Origin: Gnetum montanum | Lineage: Eukaryota; Plantae; Gnetophyta | Reading direction: 5' to 3' | Length of the DNA: 64,000 nt | Assembly: GCA_015680685.1 (NCBI GenBank) | Contig: MNCI01001360.1 | Span: forward strand, 269,623-333,622 | In this document: one piece after another, positions 50,901 through 64,000 of the stretch | How positions within the stretch are numbered: the first letter of the stretch is position 1 | Layout: every line of letters begins with the position of its first letter | The notes under the pieces: model-generated | The model's input: the letters and a program-made list of their open reading frames with translations, nothing else | Database searches by the model: none | What the model was told of the DNA's origin: nothing | Program-made: the position numbers and the translations under genes

Positions 50901-51545
50901 AAGATCAAATCTTGAGTCATTTTGGTATGCCTAAAATATTAGTATCAAATAATGGTCTAGCTTTTTAGTTTGAGGAATTTATAAGATGGATTTTTGAAAA
51001 ATATATATTTCTCTTCTTCTCATCAAATTACTACTCTCCAGGGAATGGGTTGGTCAGGTCCATCAATAAGAAGCTTATATCCTAAATTAAAAGATCAATG
51101 GAAACTATGATAACTACATACCATCTACTTTATGGATAGATTGTATTTGAATCAAGAAATCTATTGGAACATCATCTTATAATTTAGTCTATTGTATGGC
51201 CATAAGAATCACTAAGAAAATCATAACCTCATCTTTAGAGTTCATGCAGAGTATAATAAAAAAAACATAGATAACTTGATAAGGCCAGAGATATCTTATT
51301 AGGAAATCCTCCCTAGATTGAAAGATGGTTTCATAGGAAAGCTTTAAAAAGGACATTTAGAGTGGGCAACCTTGTTTTGCTTTAAAACAAAAGAAAAAGA
51401 AATGATCATAATAAGTTTTCTACCAAATGGATGGACCCATTAATGATCAAGGAATAAGTGTTGGATGACACTTACAAGCTATCCATGATGGATGGAACTA
51501 AACTGAAGTTCCTATTTAATGCCATTCATCTCAAGCACTATTTTG
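47929..51545 (+). pseudogene. pol: pol of element D, domain order PR-aRH-RT-RH-INT
   Basis: PR NCLVDSRAT; aRH LFFDGSC...EYEALC...IIKGDSKL...HICREDNQLVD at ~48250-48600; RT FAWSYDDL, MPFEVSNAGATFQ, IYVDDITV; INT WTLDFIG, AIDYFTKW, YSPGNG; ends HLKHYF. Confidence 0.9.
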
Positions 51546-51649
51546 AGCAACCATTGAATACTTAAAGGGACCAAGAAAAATGGTATAATGTAGATATGTA
51601 CATAGTGGTTGGAAATTAATAAATAAGATTAGTGAAAATTTAATAAACA

Positions 51650-52280
51650 CCTATGCTAGTTGTTATAATGATGGGAAATCTTCGATTCCCCTATTAGCTA
51701 GAAATATTGAGTTAAGAGCATTTTTAGATAAATGGCAAAGATAAGGCCTTTCATCCTTGACTTATCTGGGTGTTGTCTTGAACATGTTATGAGGACCTAC
51801 TATAAAGCTTTAAGATTTGGAGCTTCATATAGTAGTCCATATATGACATAGTTTACAAATTCTCTTTCATGATAAACGACTATTCTATTCATGCTTATGT
51901 TTGGGATGAATACTATCAGTGTTTGAAGAATACCAGGCTAGAAAGCTATGATAAATTTTTGAATAATATAGAGCTGTGGGAGGAAGCCTTTATATCCCAA
52001 GCTACTAAACATCCAAGTTAAGAGAAAGGTTAAGATCCTAGCTCACATTTGCCACTACAAGATTAGCCTAAAGAGAAGGGAAAGGTAACCCTTTCAAGTC
52101 AGCTAAAAAATGAAAAAAATGGAGAAAGTGGTAAAAGGGTCATAGCTGAAGATGAAGTTCCTAGCTAAGAAGAGGAAAAGAAAGCCAGAGTTAGAATGGG
52201 AATCAAGTATGACAGAGCTTTCAAAAGGAAGATCCTAAGAAAGGTCATGGTGGCCATTTTCTTTTTGCTGCACAACTAAT
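51650..52280 (+). pseudogene. Possible extra ORF downstream of the integrase in element D
   Basis: Long coding-like read ELRAFLDKWQR*GLSSL...LEHVMRTYYKAL...basic/acidic tail; few stops plus small frameshifts. Confidence 0.4.
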
Positions 52281-52502
52281 TTCTAGATAGATAGTCACAT
52301 GTATATAGATTATGTGTAACATGTAGGATGCATGGGGCTTTTATACTATCAAGCATTAAGCTTAATTGTACTTTTTGCCAAAAAATATTTTCTTTCAAAG
52401 CTAATTATCATTGTACATTGACTCATTAGAATAAATGAAAGCTTATCATTCTAAGAGTTTAGCATAATGATTTCTTAAAGGAAGAAAAAGGAGGGTAGGA
52501 AA

Positions 52503-55265
52503 TGTTGTTACATTTCAACCATTAATGGAGTATGGCTTAAGTATTAAGTTTCTACTTAATAAATATTAGAAAAATTTGCATGATATCTAACAAATTTCAA
52601 ATATTCATATACTCGTGCAATAAGATTGAGCTAAGTAAGGATTTGTCATGTCATGATTATTATAAAGAAGGATCCCTGGGTAGAGGTAATTCTAGATTTT
52701 TAAAGTATAATAGATCTCAAATGAATAGTAGTAGACTCAAAGGAAAGCTTTTGTGGAGATGTTTAAATTCAAGGAGCTAGGATTTTAGAATATGTTCAAA
52801 ATCACATGGAATGATTACAAAAATAGAACTTTAATGAATTCAGCCTAGCCCAAAGTAATGCTCTTTCTGAATCACTATTTAATGCAATCTTCAAAAGTCA
52901 AAATCACAAAGCCTAAAGATCAGCTTCATCTAGATAGGCATTGGAATGAGTAGTTGAGAGCTAATAAAAATCCTCATTTCCAAAAGAAGGGCTTGATTTG
53001 ATTCTAAAAAAGGAGTTTCTTAAGTACCCTTGTCACATTAGCTCATGATGTGGAAATTTGGTTCTTCAAATCAATTCTACTTAGCTTAGTTTTACGGGAT
53101 TAAAGCATAAGAGAAAAATGAAATTAGCTTTTTGTATTTCCTAAGTGACACATAAACTATTATGTGACATGAGCCAAAAATTAGTTCTACAAAGGACGTG
53201 AAATCACTTCTATCAAGTTAGCTTCTTTGTAGAATGGGTTCATAGAACTAAAATCTTACTTTACAAGTGAGCTTACTTTTTGGCTTTACCATGTTAGCAT
53301 CAGTAGTGGGCAAGTTTGTAGAGGTGAAAAATGGCTATACGAAATGGTTCTATGAGTCATGTTACCATTAAGAAAAGGAGCTTGAATTGAAATATTATTT
53401 GTAGATGGAGAAATCCACTTTACAGATGAGCACCCACTTAGCCCTACTAAGTTAGTTTCATTTGGATGGAAGGACTTGTAGAGTTTAAAAGTGGTTCTAC
53501 AAAGAAGCTCTACCACGTCAGCTTATTTGTAGATCTAGTTTGTAGAATCAAATTATGCTCTACGAGTAGGCTCTACCACATCAACATCTACCATGTTAGG
53601 TTGTGATGTATCAACTTGTAGAACTAATTCATGAAGTTAAAATTTAGCTCTATTAGTAGGCTCATTTTAAACTCCACCACGTTAGTGTTGCACCAAGTGA
53701 GCTTGTAGAGCTAGTTCATAGAGGGAAATTTTCACTTTTTGAAAGAGCTCTATCTCATCAGTGTTGTGCCACATCAACTTAGCCAAAATTTGATTCTATG
53801 AACAAGCTCACAATTAGTTCTATCACATAAGCTCCTAAAGGTTTTGGGCTTATGAACATAGCCCATCCATGTCAGTAAATAGATGAAGTGCATAGTTTCA
53901 TCTAGATGGTAAAATTTCATCTAAATAATATCATCTTCCATGTTAGCTATTCCACGAAAGGATTTAGATGAAGTTTATTTTCTCATTTATTTCCAAAATT
54001 CTTCATTTGTCACATCAAAAATGGCATGTCAGCATGTTGATGAAGATTTTCAAGTTCATGAGAATTGAAAAGCTTCATCTTCTATGTTAGTAGAGCTCAA
54101 CACACTTGGCCACATCATTGTTCTGCCATGTCGGTATCCTAAATAAGGTTTGTAGAATTGAAAAATAGCTCTACCATGTCAGCTTCATTAGCTTGTAGAG
54201 GAAGTTCAAAGAGCTTAAAAGACGTTCTAAAAAGAAGCCTTACCACGTTGGCATTTTCCACTTTAGAGTTCATCCTAGACACATAAAAGATTACATTTTG
54301 TGGACATGCAATTTTTTTTTTTTTTTTTGTTTTTAATCCATCTTAGCAAGGAGTGAGGTGTAGACCATCGAACTAAATATTAGCTCTACGAAGAAGCTCT
54401 ATGATCATTTTTCCACATTAGCTCTCTAATATATTGAACCCAAACTACTTTATAAAAAGATTTAAAAAAGGCTTTACAACTACTATTAATGCAAAGGCTA
54501 TGAAAAGACAGAATCTACAAACACAGACAGAAATCAAAACAGAGCTAAGAGTATCACATAGCCACCACTAAAGTGCAGAACTACCATTGAAGCTCATAGC
54601 AAAGAGTGCAAAGCCACCATTAAAGTAGAGAGCCATCATTAAGGAAAAAACTATATTTGCACAAATAAAATATAGAGTAGTGAGAATTATTGATTTGACT
54701 AAGAGCTAATAGAAAGCTGTTCCTCTAGCACAAATAAAATTATTGGGATTATAAATAAAATCATTTAGAAAAAGCTTAAATTTAAGCACATTTGAGCCAA
54801 TGTAGGAGCTACTTTGATGGTTTCAACAGATTCTCTAACTTAGTTGGTTGCAAGAGAAATAAGCGATTAAAGGATTATTAAAGAAGCTTGATAGTGTTGA
54901 GCCAGATTCATGAATCAAGCTTTTAAGGTTCTTTATGGTCATGGGAGGTAGATCAATAGTTAGTAGTAGAAGGGCTCTAGATTGAAATAATGAAGAAAAT
55001 CTATCAAAAAATTGGGCAATTGTCTAATTTCTTGCAATTATATGGATAGAATGTGTGGAGTATGAGGATTCAACTTTTATAATGATTGTAATTGCTAGAG
55101 GCTACTATATTAAGCCCAAAGCGCTCTTGTTTAAGGGAGCTATGCATTGGAGAGGGGTGGGGGAGAGAATACTTGAAATGCTAGGAGTGATTTCTTGTAC
55201 GATGGCATTCTAACTTCAAATTTCATTTAGCTAATTTACTTTCATCCTGTGAGTTGATTCTTTCA
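52503..55265 (+). repeat. Family D 3' LTR, 3'-truncated
   Basis: Starts TGTTGTTACA after the PPT; colinear with 37255-40065. Confidence 0.88.
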
Positions 55266-55269
55266 TTAG

Positions 55270-58172
55270 AGCAATGTATTATGTAGAATGGGTGTCCAAC
55301 ATAGCGATAGTCCCTAAGAAAAATAGGAGTATACATATTTGCATAGATTTCCAAGACCTAAATAAGGTAACTATCAAAGATAATTTCTCTTTGCCTAGTA
55401 TTAATCAACTTATTGATACTATGATAGGAGATGCCTTGTTATCCTTTATGGGTAGGTTCTCAAGGTACAACTAAATTAGGATTAACTCATAACATCAACA
55501 TACTATGACCTTCATAACCCCTTGGGGTACCTTTTGTTATACTATGATGCCCTTTGGCCTAAAGAATGCAAGGGCAACCTACCAAATAGCTACGACGTAT
55601 ATCTTTACTACTTATATGCTAGGTTTGCTCAATGACTATGTAGACGATATAGCTATTAAGTCCAAAGTGAGAGATAACCATGCTCATGACCTTGACCTTG
55701 TACTAAAATGATGCCTCAAGTATGAGCTTAGGCTTAATCCCAATAAGTATGTCTTTAGTGTTAAAAATAGTAAGATGCTTGGCTTTGTAGTGTCTAAAGT
55801 AGGGGTAAGTATCAATCCTAATCAAGTTAAAGTCATTTCCAACTTGGTAGAACCTACTAACCTTAAGAAGCTTTGAGGATTGTAAGGAAAATTACAATTT
55901 ATCCATAGGTTCATTACTAAACTTATAGATAAGCTACAACCCATGCAACACTTACTTAAGAAAGGAGTTCACTATGAGTTGTTACAACTATCAATGATCT
56001 ATGCATCATAAAAGGATAAATATTTTTACATCTACCTTGCTATCTCTAACACGTCCATTGCCTCTCCACTTTGTTAGAAATGAGATGATGGAGTAGAGTT
56101 GCCTGTATACTACCTTAGCCATGCATTGATTTTCTATGAGACTTGATACACCAAAGTAGAGAAGTATTATCTAGCCCTAGTCTTCTCATTGAAGAAGTGT
56201 AGACACTACCTCTTTAGGAGCAAGGTTAATGTTATTTACAAAGATAACGTGCTTAGGGCCATAACAACTAATATCTATGAGAATAGTTATATAGCCTATT
56301 GGAAAGCCATAACAGTGGAGTTTGATCTTCATTATGTTTCTCAAGCTTTAACAAAAAGTCAAGCTAAAGCTATGAAACTTGCTATTTCACTAGTTGATGA
56401 CCATGTAACCATTGAACCTAAATTCCCCAATGAATAGGTTAACACCATCAGCTAAGTACCTGAGGACTATGAGGTGGTCATGCACTTTAATGGAGCTTTG
56501 ATTGCCCATGGGGCTAGTGTCATTGCCATCATAACATTTCCATCTAGTGAAATCTAATCCTTCACCTATCATTTTTAATTCCAATGTACCAACAATGTAG
56601 TAGAATATGAAGGTTTGATCACGGGAAAGATGGTAGCTTGTGACCTAGAAATAAAATGCTTAATGATCAAAGGTGATTCAAAATTTGTGATCAACCAAAT
56701 AATTGAGGTTTATGCATGTAAATCCAAACATTTGCAACCTTACTATGACCTAGAAAGGAAACTACTTCAACAATTTATTAACATTGATATCCAATATGTA
56801 TCCCAAAATGAGAATATCATAGCTAATGCCGTTACAACCTTAGCCCTTAGTATGATGCTAGGTGTGTTTAGCAAGTTACCCACCTTAACCATGAACTATG
56901 CTATCTCCATCATGCAAGGCACTAAGGATACCTTTGTGGCCATAGTGCATACTGCTCTTGCAATAGAGTGGTATGATGATATCAAGTTTTACCTTATGCA
57001 TGGTGAACCTTCACAAGGCTTAACTTCTACTGAAAATGATGCTATACATAAATGATCAAAATAGTATGTCATAGTAGATGATAACACATTATGTTGAAGG
57101 TCCTACGATGACATATTATTAGTGTGCTTGGGTAAAATTGAAGCCTGTACAGTCCTAGAGCAGGTTCACAAGGGTGTATGTGGGGGACATATAGGACCTA
57201 GAGCCATGGCCACCAAGATCAAATGGCTAGGCTATTACTAGTCGTATATGGAAAGTGACTCCTGCAAAAGGTTAAACCTTGTGACACTTGTCAACAACAT
57301 AGCAACCTTATACATGTACCGCCAACTAAGTTATACATTAGTTAGATAACTTAGTCATTTCAATGGTGGGGTTTGGATATCATTGAATTTATAACACCTA
57401 AGTCTTCGGACAGTTTTATCATCACTGAAACCAAATACTTCACAAAGTGGGTTGAAGCTATTCCTCTAAGGAAGATAACATCTCAACAAGTCTATATCTT
57501 TATACTCAACAACATAGTAGTCCATTTTAGCATACCTATGACCATAGTCATAGATAATGGACCATAATTCAGTAGCCAAGAAATGAAGAAATTTTGTCAT
57601 GACCTAGGCATTAAGTATTCCTTCTTGTCACCATATTACCTTCAAGACAATGAGCAAGTTGAAGCAAGAAATAAGGCCATCATAAACCTACTCAAGAAGA
57701 TGTTAAAAAACAACAAATGTAAGTGCATGAGTGGCTTGTCCATGCACTTTGGACCTATCGAACAATGTTTCATACGACAACTAGTGTAATCCCATATAGC
57801 CCAGTTTATGGTTTTGAAGCTATTTTACCTCTTAAATTGCAGGTACCATCACTCCAAGTAGCCCTATCAGATTTCATTAATGATGAATAGAACAAGGAGT
57901 TGTGCACCATGGACCTAGACTTGGTGGAGGCACAATGAGTACGAACACTTGCTTACATTGAGCAATACTAAGAGAGGTAGAAATGGAAAAATCACATAAC
58001 CTAAATAAACGTAAGATGAAGGAAGGAGACCTTGTTCTCAAAGCTATCCATGACCATGACCTTTCTTGGTCACTAAGGCCTACAACAACAGAGCCTTTAG
58101 GATAGCAAACATGGATGGGAATAAGTTGGCCAATATGGTTAATCATTCCTATCTAAATTCTTACTACATGTA
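55270..58172 (+). pseudogene. pol: Tat-type pol fragment, order RT-RH-aRH-INT (family B)
   Basis: EWVSNIAIVPKK..ICIDFQDLNK, MPFGLKNARATYQ, YVDDIAIKS; aRH TNNVVEYEGL..IKGDSKFV (ORF 56615-57055); INT KYFTKWVEAIPL, IDNGP. Confidence 0.92.
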
Positions 58173-59249
58173 ACTTGTGAGAACCAATAGTTAACATGAA
58201 TGATCTTCACAACCAATGATAAGCAAGCCTGCATGACCTTTCTTCATTTCTTGCACAATGGAGGAACTATCAAACTTTGTAACATGTGAAACCTATGGTG
58301 GTCTTGTTTGCTAGTTATTTTACATGGCCTTATGCATTGTAATATCATGACATGTTTTCTTTATCTTATTTCTTATCTTCTTGGATTTGTACTTACAGGA
58401 TGAAGCCTAGAGTCATCACAAAGTTGTAACTCATCACAGTAGTAAGTAACCACATGATCTCAATGCATAAGATTTGATGAGCTTGTTTTGTTGTGTTAAG
58501 AGTGCTTATGAAATTTTCATCCTATTATCATTTTCTTGAATCCAACCTTGTAGCCAAAATATAACCTTCCTTACCCTAAGCAATAATGTTAACCAATGTT
58601 TGATACTCATGCATTGTGACCATACGACATCCCTTCATCATGCTCCACATACAAGTTTGTTGGATGTAACATACCTCATTCAATAAAAAAACACCAAGTC
58701 CATCAAGTGTTACACATCTCATTTGATGTGATAACCAAACCAAGACTTAGCTTTGGCAAAGAAATCCAATGAAGGTTTCACCCAAAAAAAAATGAGGAAG
58801 GAAATTGCCAAGAAGCTAAAAAGGCTGATGAAGATCAAAAGGACAAATCAACAACTCTAAACATGAAAAGGTAGGAGCCTAATGGCGAAAAAAATCTTAG
58901 AGTGGAGTGTTGGTTCCTCAAATGCATTGTTGAGTGATCAATACTTCAAAGCATGAAGTGCAAAGATTAATTACTTGTTCAACATGTTAAATCCATATTG
59001 TAGCCATGATGTCAACCTATGGAACTCATTGTTAACCCTAACGTCCATGCCCTCATGATCAAATGTGACTTCTGAATGTTACCACCTCATCATAACCTTA
59101 TCGCATCATCATAACACTCTTTAGCATGGTTTGACACTATTGAATCAAGTGTAGAGAGGGAATGTTAGTGATGGATCTACAATGGTGTTTTGTATTCTTT
59201 ATTGGTGCCTCTTGGTTTAATCCTTAAGACACCAACAAAGAGGAACTAG

Positions 59250-60734
59250 TGAAACACCACAAAGAAAATTCATGTTGTAACCTATTTTCATTGTAACTCT
59301 CACCCCATGAAACTTGAGGCTAAAAATTTCATTGTAAAATGATAAGATTGTAATCCATGAGATGCAACCTCACATAATTTAGCATTTGGAGCTGTAAAAT
59401 GCCTCATAAGTGGTTAAAGCATCAATTCCCAAGTAAAAAAAGTCATATCATGCCTATATTTGGGATTGGGGGGGTGTGGGGGGCTAAAAATACCTTTTGT
59501 ACTAGCCAAATTGGCATTTTGATGAGTTTTATGGGGGGTATAACTTTTGCTATGCTGGAAACACCTAATGGGCTTGGGGGGGAGGAGGGTTGGGGGTGGG
59601 GTGTGTGAGGGTACAACATCACCTATGTCGAATGTTGGGGGAGTATAACTTTCCAATGTGGTGCCAACACCTCAGAATTTTTCCAGTCTTAGCGTGGCTC
59701 CTATGACTTTAGCATGGGTGTTATACCCCAACATGGATGTCATACCCACAATGTGGTTCCTGTAGGCCTAAAGTTGCTCTTGGAAGACCAATGTGGATGG
59801 AAGAAGCCAATTTGGGTAAAATTCTTATTTACTATTTTTGGTAAACAAAATGGTTTTAGTAGCTTCGGGGTATCAAAACTTGCCATACATAAAAACCATG
59901 TTGGATTTAGATACTTGAAATACTTGTACATGGTAGTAATTTGTCAAGAATTAGGCAAAAATTTACAGCCAAATTTATGGACAAAACCTTATAAAAACCA
60001 AGCTTCAAAACCATAAAAAGTTTCCAACTTTTGCAACTTGTGTCCAACTTTTGATAGTACCACCTTTTTATGATTTTTAGCATTTGGCATTCAAGAGCTT
60101 TGAGAACTCATTTTGAATACAAGGATTTTGGAGAAATTTTAGCATGGGACCTGTCAATTATTGTGACCACTATTATACCCCCCTAATATTGTGTGTGGTT
60201 TTGTACCAATGTTGAGAAACTCGGGCATTGAGACTCCCAGCATGGCTCTTCTTGGTAGCTTAAAACCCCCACACATCTTATCCCCCTACACCACCAACAT
60301 TACAGATTTGATGAGAAGTTCAGTAAGATTTGGCAGGATCAAGAGTTGTGGAGGCTCTAGGTTATGGAGCTGACTATGACATCCAAAGCCACTGGTTTTA
60401 ACAGATTCCAAATCCTCGATGAAGTGAACTCCCTTTTTCTTCCTTAGGCACACTTCTATATACTTTGACCTCTCTTTGTTTTATTAGAATAAATTTTATA
60501 GTTCAGATTGTTGTGCAAGATAGCTAGATTTGGTTTATTTTGTGCATATATTTTTAGATCTATATTGTAATTTCATTTTATTGCCCATGTTGACACTTTG
60601 TAAGTCCCTGGATAATTGGGAAGACTATCCAGGGTACCTTGAATTCTATTTTTTAGAGGCACTTAGGGTCTAGGGTAAAAGCTATTTCACTCAAATTTTT
60701 AGTTTTTTAGCAATCAAATTTTCTAGTTGTAACA
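59250..60734 (+). repeat. Family B 3' LTR
   Basis: TGAAACACC...GTTGTAACA after the PPT AAAGAGGAA; homologous to 19130-20422 (minus). Confidence 0.85.
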
Positions 60735-60882
60735 ATTCTAAATCTTGATTTTAGTTGATGGGATAAACTATTCAAGGCTATATTTTTTAAAATCAAAATT
60801 AGCTTTAGAGCCCAATATGTATTTCTAATTCTACTCATTCACATGGGCAAGCCTGAGTTGGATTAAAAATTGAAATACATAT

Positions 60883-61981
60883 TGTTAACCTTGTGGTATG
60901 TCAAAAGCTTAAGAAAAATGGAAAACATAGAATGTTTGTTGTAGATAATATGTTTTTAGAACATGAACAAGAACTCCACAACGAGATATGAGAACTTAAG
61001 GAGAAGAGATCTATAACAAGATGACAAAGTAAAGGCTACATGAGCCAATATGAGAACATGAATGAGCATGGATTGAAAATGAAGGCTATAAACTAAATGA
61101 AGATGCTCAATGAACTAGGAAGAGGAAAAATTGATGAGAGAAAGCCTCAGAAGATAGAACCCAAAAGTTGATGAGACATCTTCCAAAAATAGTAGATGTT
61201 TCTATCCTAGAGAAGATGTCTCCCTAGAGACATCCCATAGAAGATATTCCATTTTCTAGTGAGACATCTCTCCTAAATTAAGGCCAATCTCAGGTAGATG
61301 TCCCAACTTCAAAGGAGATATCTACACTAGCCATTTAATAATCATTGTATGAATTTCAAGGAGTTTTCAAAACTTAAGGCTATAATAAGATACTAAAATC
61401 TTGAGAATTATGCAAGCATTGTTCACATTAAATCAATCATTATCTTATTTATGCCATTGTATTCTTGTTCTTCATTGTAATATCATTTTCTTGGTTGTAT
61501 GTTGTATTGAGGTTCAACAACAAGGACTTGTAATATTAGTTACATCCTTGCCTTGTGTCTTTTTCATTTTCTTATTGCCCTACGAGCTTAATGTACTTTT
61601 TGCAAGAAGGCATCCACATTGAGCTTGTTGGAACCTTGTGGGGTTGAGTGGTTTTGCAATGTCAAAACACTCCATAGTAGACCTTAATTTTGTAAAGATT
61701 GTAGGATCCTTGAAACCACATTTTGAGCTTGTTTGGACCTCCTAGGATTGAGTGGTTTTGTAGCGATGAAACACTCTAGTTTTGAGCTTAGAGCTTGTAC
61801 AAGGTGTGGTACTCTTTAAATAATATTTTATTGAGAAACAAAGTCTAGAGATGTCCATGAATTCTACTCTCTGAGTGTGGAAGTATCCAAGTTAGGGAAC
61901 CACATAAAACTTGGTATTTTTGTGGTAGAAGAAATTTCAATTAGAATTCATTCAACCCCCCTTCTAAGTTCTTGATCCTCA
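60883..61981 (+). repeat. SIRE-like Ty1/copia 5' LTR
   Basis: TGTT...GATCCTCA; C-rich 3' motif; followed by a PBS. Confidence 0.88.
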
Positions 61982-61983
61982 AG

Positions 61984-61995
61984 TGGTATTAGAGC
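61984..61995 (+). promoter_or_regulatory. PBS, tRNA-iMet type
   Basis: TGGTATTAGAGC, one change from TGGTATCAGAGC. Confidence 0.88.
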
Positions 61996-62036
61996 TTGGT
62001 ACTCTTACATTCAGCTTCAACATTTAAGAGTGAACA

Positions 62037-62955
62037 ATGAAGGGGACCTACATAAAGTCACTAATGTTCGACAAGTTTGATTTTTGTTATTGGAAGGTAA
62101 GGATGCAAGGCTTATTCAAGTCAATGGAGTTTGAGGTATGGAAGTCCATCCTTGAAGGTTACACATCGCATGTCGATAGTGTAACAAAGACCATTAAGCC
62201 ATGGAGCAAGTGGACACTAGAAGAAAGAGAGAAGTTCATGTATGATTCTAAAGCAAAAAATTGTTTGTATTATGTATTAAATAAATCTAAATTTAATAGA
62301 GTAGCTTGATATAGAACTGCCAAAGAAATTTGGGAAAACTTAGAAGCTACCTATGAGGGTACATCCATTGTCAAACCATCAAAACTCTTGGTTTTGCAAA
62401 GTGAATATGACAAACTCAAAATGAGGTAAGGATAAAGATAAAATATTATTTTTCTAGGAAAAATGATCTAGTTGCAGCAATTAGGGATACAGGAAAGGAC
62501 ATACTTGAAAGTGATGTAATCATTAAGATGATTAGAACACTACAACCTAAGTTTAGACCTAAGGTTGTAGCTATAAAAGAAATTAGAAATTTTTTTAATC
62601 TTAAAATTTGAAGAACTCCAAAGTGCTCTCATTGCTTATGAAATGAATCTCATAAGAGAATGAGCAATAAAAGAAAAGTTCATTGCCTTAAAATTAGCAT
62701 CCAAAGAAAAGGAACTAGTTGAACAAGATGTGAACAACGATGAGGAAATAGCTCTTCTATCAAGAAGAGTTCCAAGGCTTCTAACAAGAAAGGGAAGAAG
62801 CCTCAATCAATTAGGACCCAACTAGTCAAACTTCAAAGGTAAGGATAGAGGTAACAATTTTTCAAATTCTAGTTTTGATGCTTTTTCAATAGAATGTTGG
62901 GTATATGGTGGAAGAGGCCATGTGGCCTTCGAATGTCCTAGCAATGGTAGGCTAC
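62037..62955 (+). pseudogene. gag: Ty1/copia (SIRE-like) gag, interrupted by a family A element
   Basis: MFDKFDFCYWKVRMQ..EVWKSILEGY; AKEIWENLEATYEGTS; decayed zinc knuckle ECWVYGGRGHVAFEC. Confidence 0.9.
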
Positions 62956-64000
62956 TGATGAGTGGCTAGATACCCCTACACCCAACCATACGAATCACGA
63001 GCATTCACACATGACCCAGTCAAAATCTGCAGACTGTAAGAACTTAACATACACCAGACTTCTAACTAGTGAAACCTTGGGTTAGTACGGTCGTTGTCAT
63101 CCTAATCTCACTTGTGAAGTTCTATTACGTTGGTTAAGTGAGACTAAGGCTAATGATTTTTATATCTTTTTAATTATCTTTTCAGTGACTAATTGAGGTA
63201 TGGAAAGTAAGGAATAAACTATTATCTAATCTCTAATTATCCTAGTTTATATTCTAACTACTCCTAGCATAAGTATCCAGTCCCATCTTCTGAGCACGTT
63301 CCGAGCATTTCCTAACACTACTGGGTTACCAGACGTTAAGCATCGCTGGGCTTACCAAGTATTTGGATTACGTTCGAGATGGTCGTACTTATGACTTTAA
63401 CAAACTACGAATGAATAATAACGATTGAAATTATAATAATGAAAACATAAATAATTAACAAGTAACTAATAAAGCACTAACAAGTAATTAATAAAGCATA
63501 AACATTTTAAACTATTAAATGCATGAAGCAACTAAGTCCAAATGCTACAAGGTATGCTTGAACAGTTCGTCTTTATTGCCGTCATGCCAATGGGCTCAGA
63601 TACATCAACACTCAAATAAAAATACGATCACTTTTCGTACACCTTCTGTGGGCACTTGGAAAATATTCTATCTCTTGCAGGAGCAAACTGCAAGAGCTTC
63701 GCTACAACTACTCAAAAAGATTCCTAAATGAGGTGGAAGGCCCTCATATTTATAGATTCGGGAAAGGTGGCTACGTAAACAGGGCCACATTGATGTAGGG
63801 TGGCTATGTTGATGGGCCTGCATCGATGCAGCTACGTATACGTGGCCTCGTATACGCGACCTAGTCGACGCATTGACTTTTGACACTTCATCATACCCCC
63901 ACGATTGAGCAAAAACTCGTCCTCAAGTTACTTTACAATTTGGAAGGTATGGATTCTTATTTACAACACACATAACTTAACACATAAATGACACACACAT
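62956..64000 (-). mobile_element. 3' end of a family A element (LTR 62956-63893 plus PPT)
   Basis: Minus strand CTTGAGGACGAGTTTT..GTGGGGGTA then TGATGAAG...CCACTCATCA. Confidence 0.88.

Larger units (their letters stand above)
37255..55265 (+). mobile_element. TatII-like Ty3/gypsy element with very long LTRs (family D); 3' LTR truncated
   Basis: Direct repeats 37255-40080 and 52503-55265; PBS at ~40920; gag 41189-42616; pol 47929-51545; purine tract 52478-52502. Confidence 0.88.

Noticed and set aside
59399-60373. Short ORFs inside LTRs (also 19262-20455, 30816-31016, 63519-63886)
   Set aside because: No recognisable motifs and no evident frame conservation between LTR copies.

Overview
Eukaryotic land-plant intergenic DNA made almost entirely of old, nested, heavily C>T/G>A-decayed retroelements. 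No intact protein-coding gene is visible. The domain order PR-aRH-RT-RH-INT in one element suggests a non-angiosperm host (inference). Contents from left to right: (1) seven LTRs of one Athila-like Ty3/gypsy family ('family A', TGATGA...CTCATCA) spread across the window, two followed back into internal regions with degenerate accessory ORFs; (2) two head-to-head L1-type LINE relics across an assembly gap; (3) a 10.8-kb TSD-flanked Tat-like element (family B, 19130-29917) with gag and protease only, carrying ~2 kb of host-like DNA that includes an Mpv17/PMP22 gene fragment; (4) a tRNA(Gln)-like short repeat in three copies; (5) SIRE-like Ty1/copia LTRs and gag; (6) a chromovirus-type gag-pol relic; (7) a TatII-like element with ~3.6-kb LTRs (family D), interrupted by a 5.3-kb non-autonomous Athila-like element (family C) that retains only an accessory ORF and a CpG-rich internal promoter-like region; (8) a family-B RT-RH-aRH-INT pol fragment. 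The best leads are the host-gene capture, the accessory-ORF cassettes paired with family-specific CpG-motif arrays in LTRs, and the tRNA-derived repeat. Coordinates were read by eye and all family assignments need HMM/BLAST confirmation.
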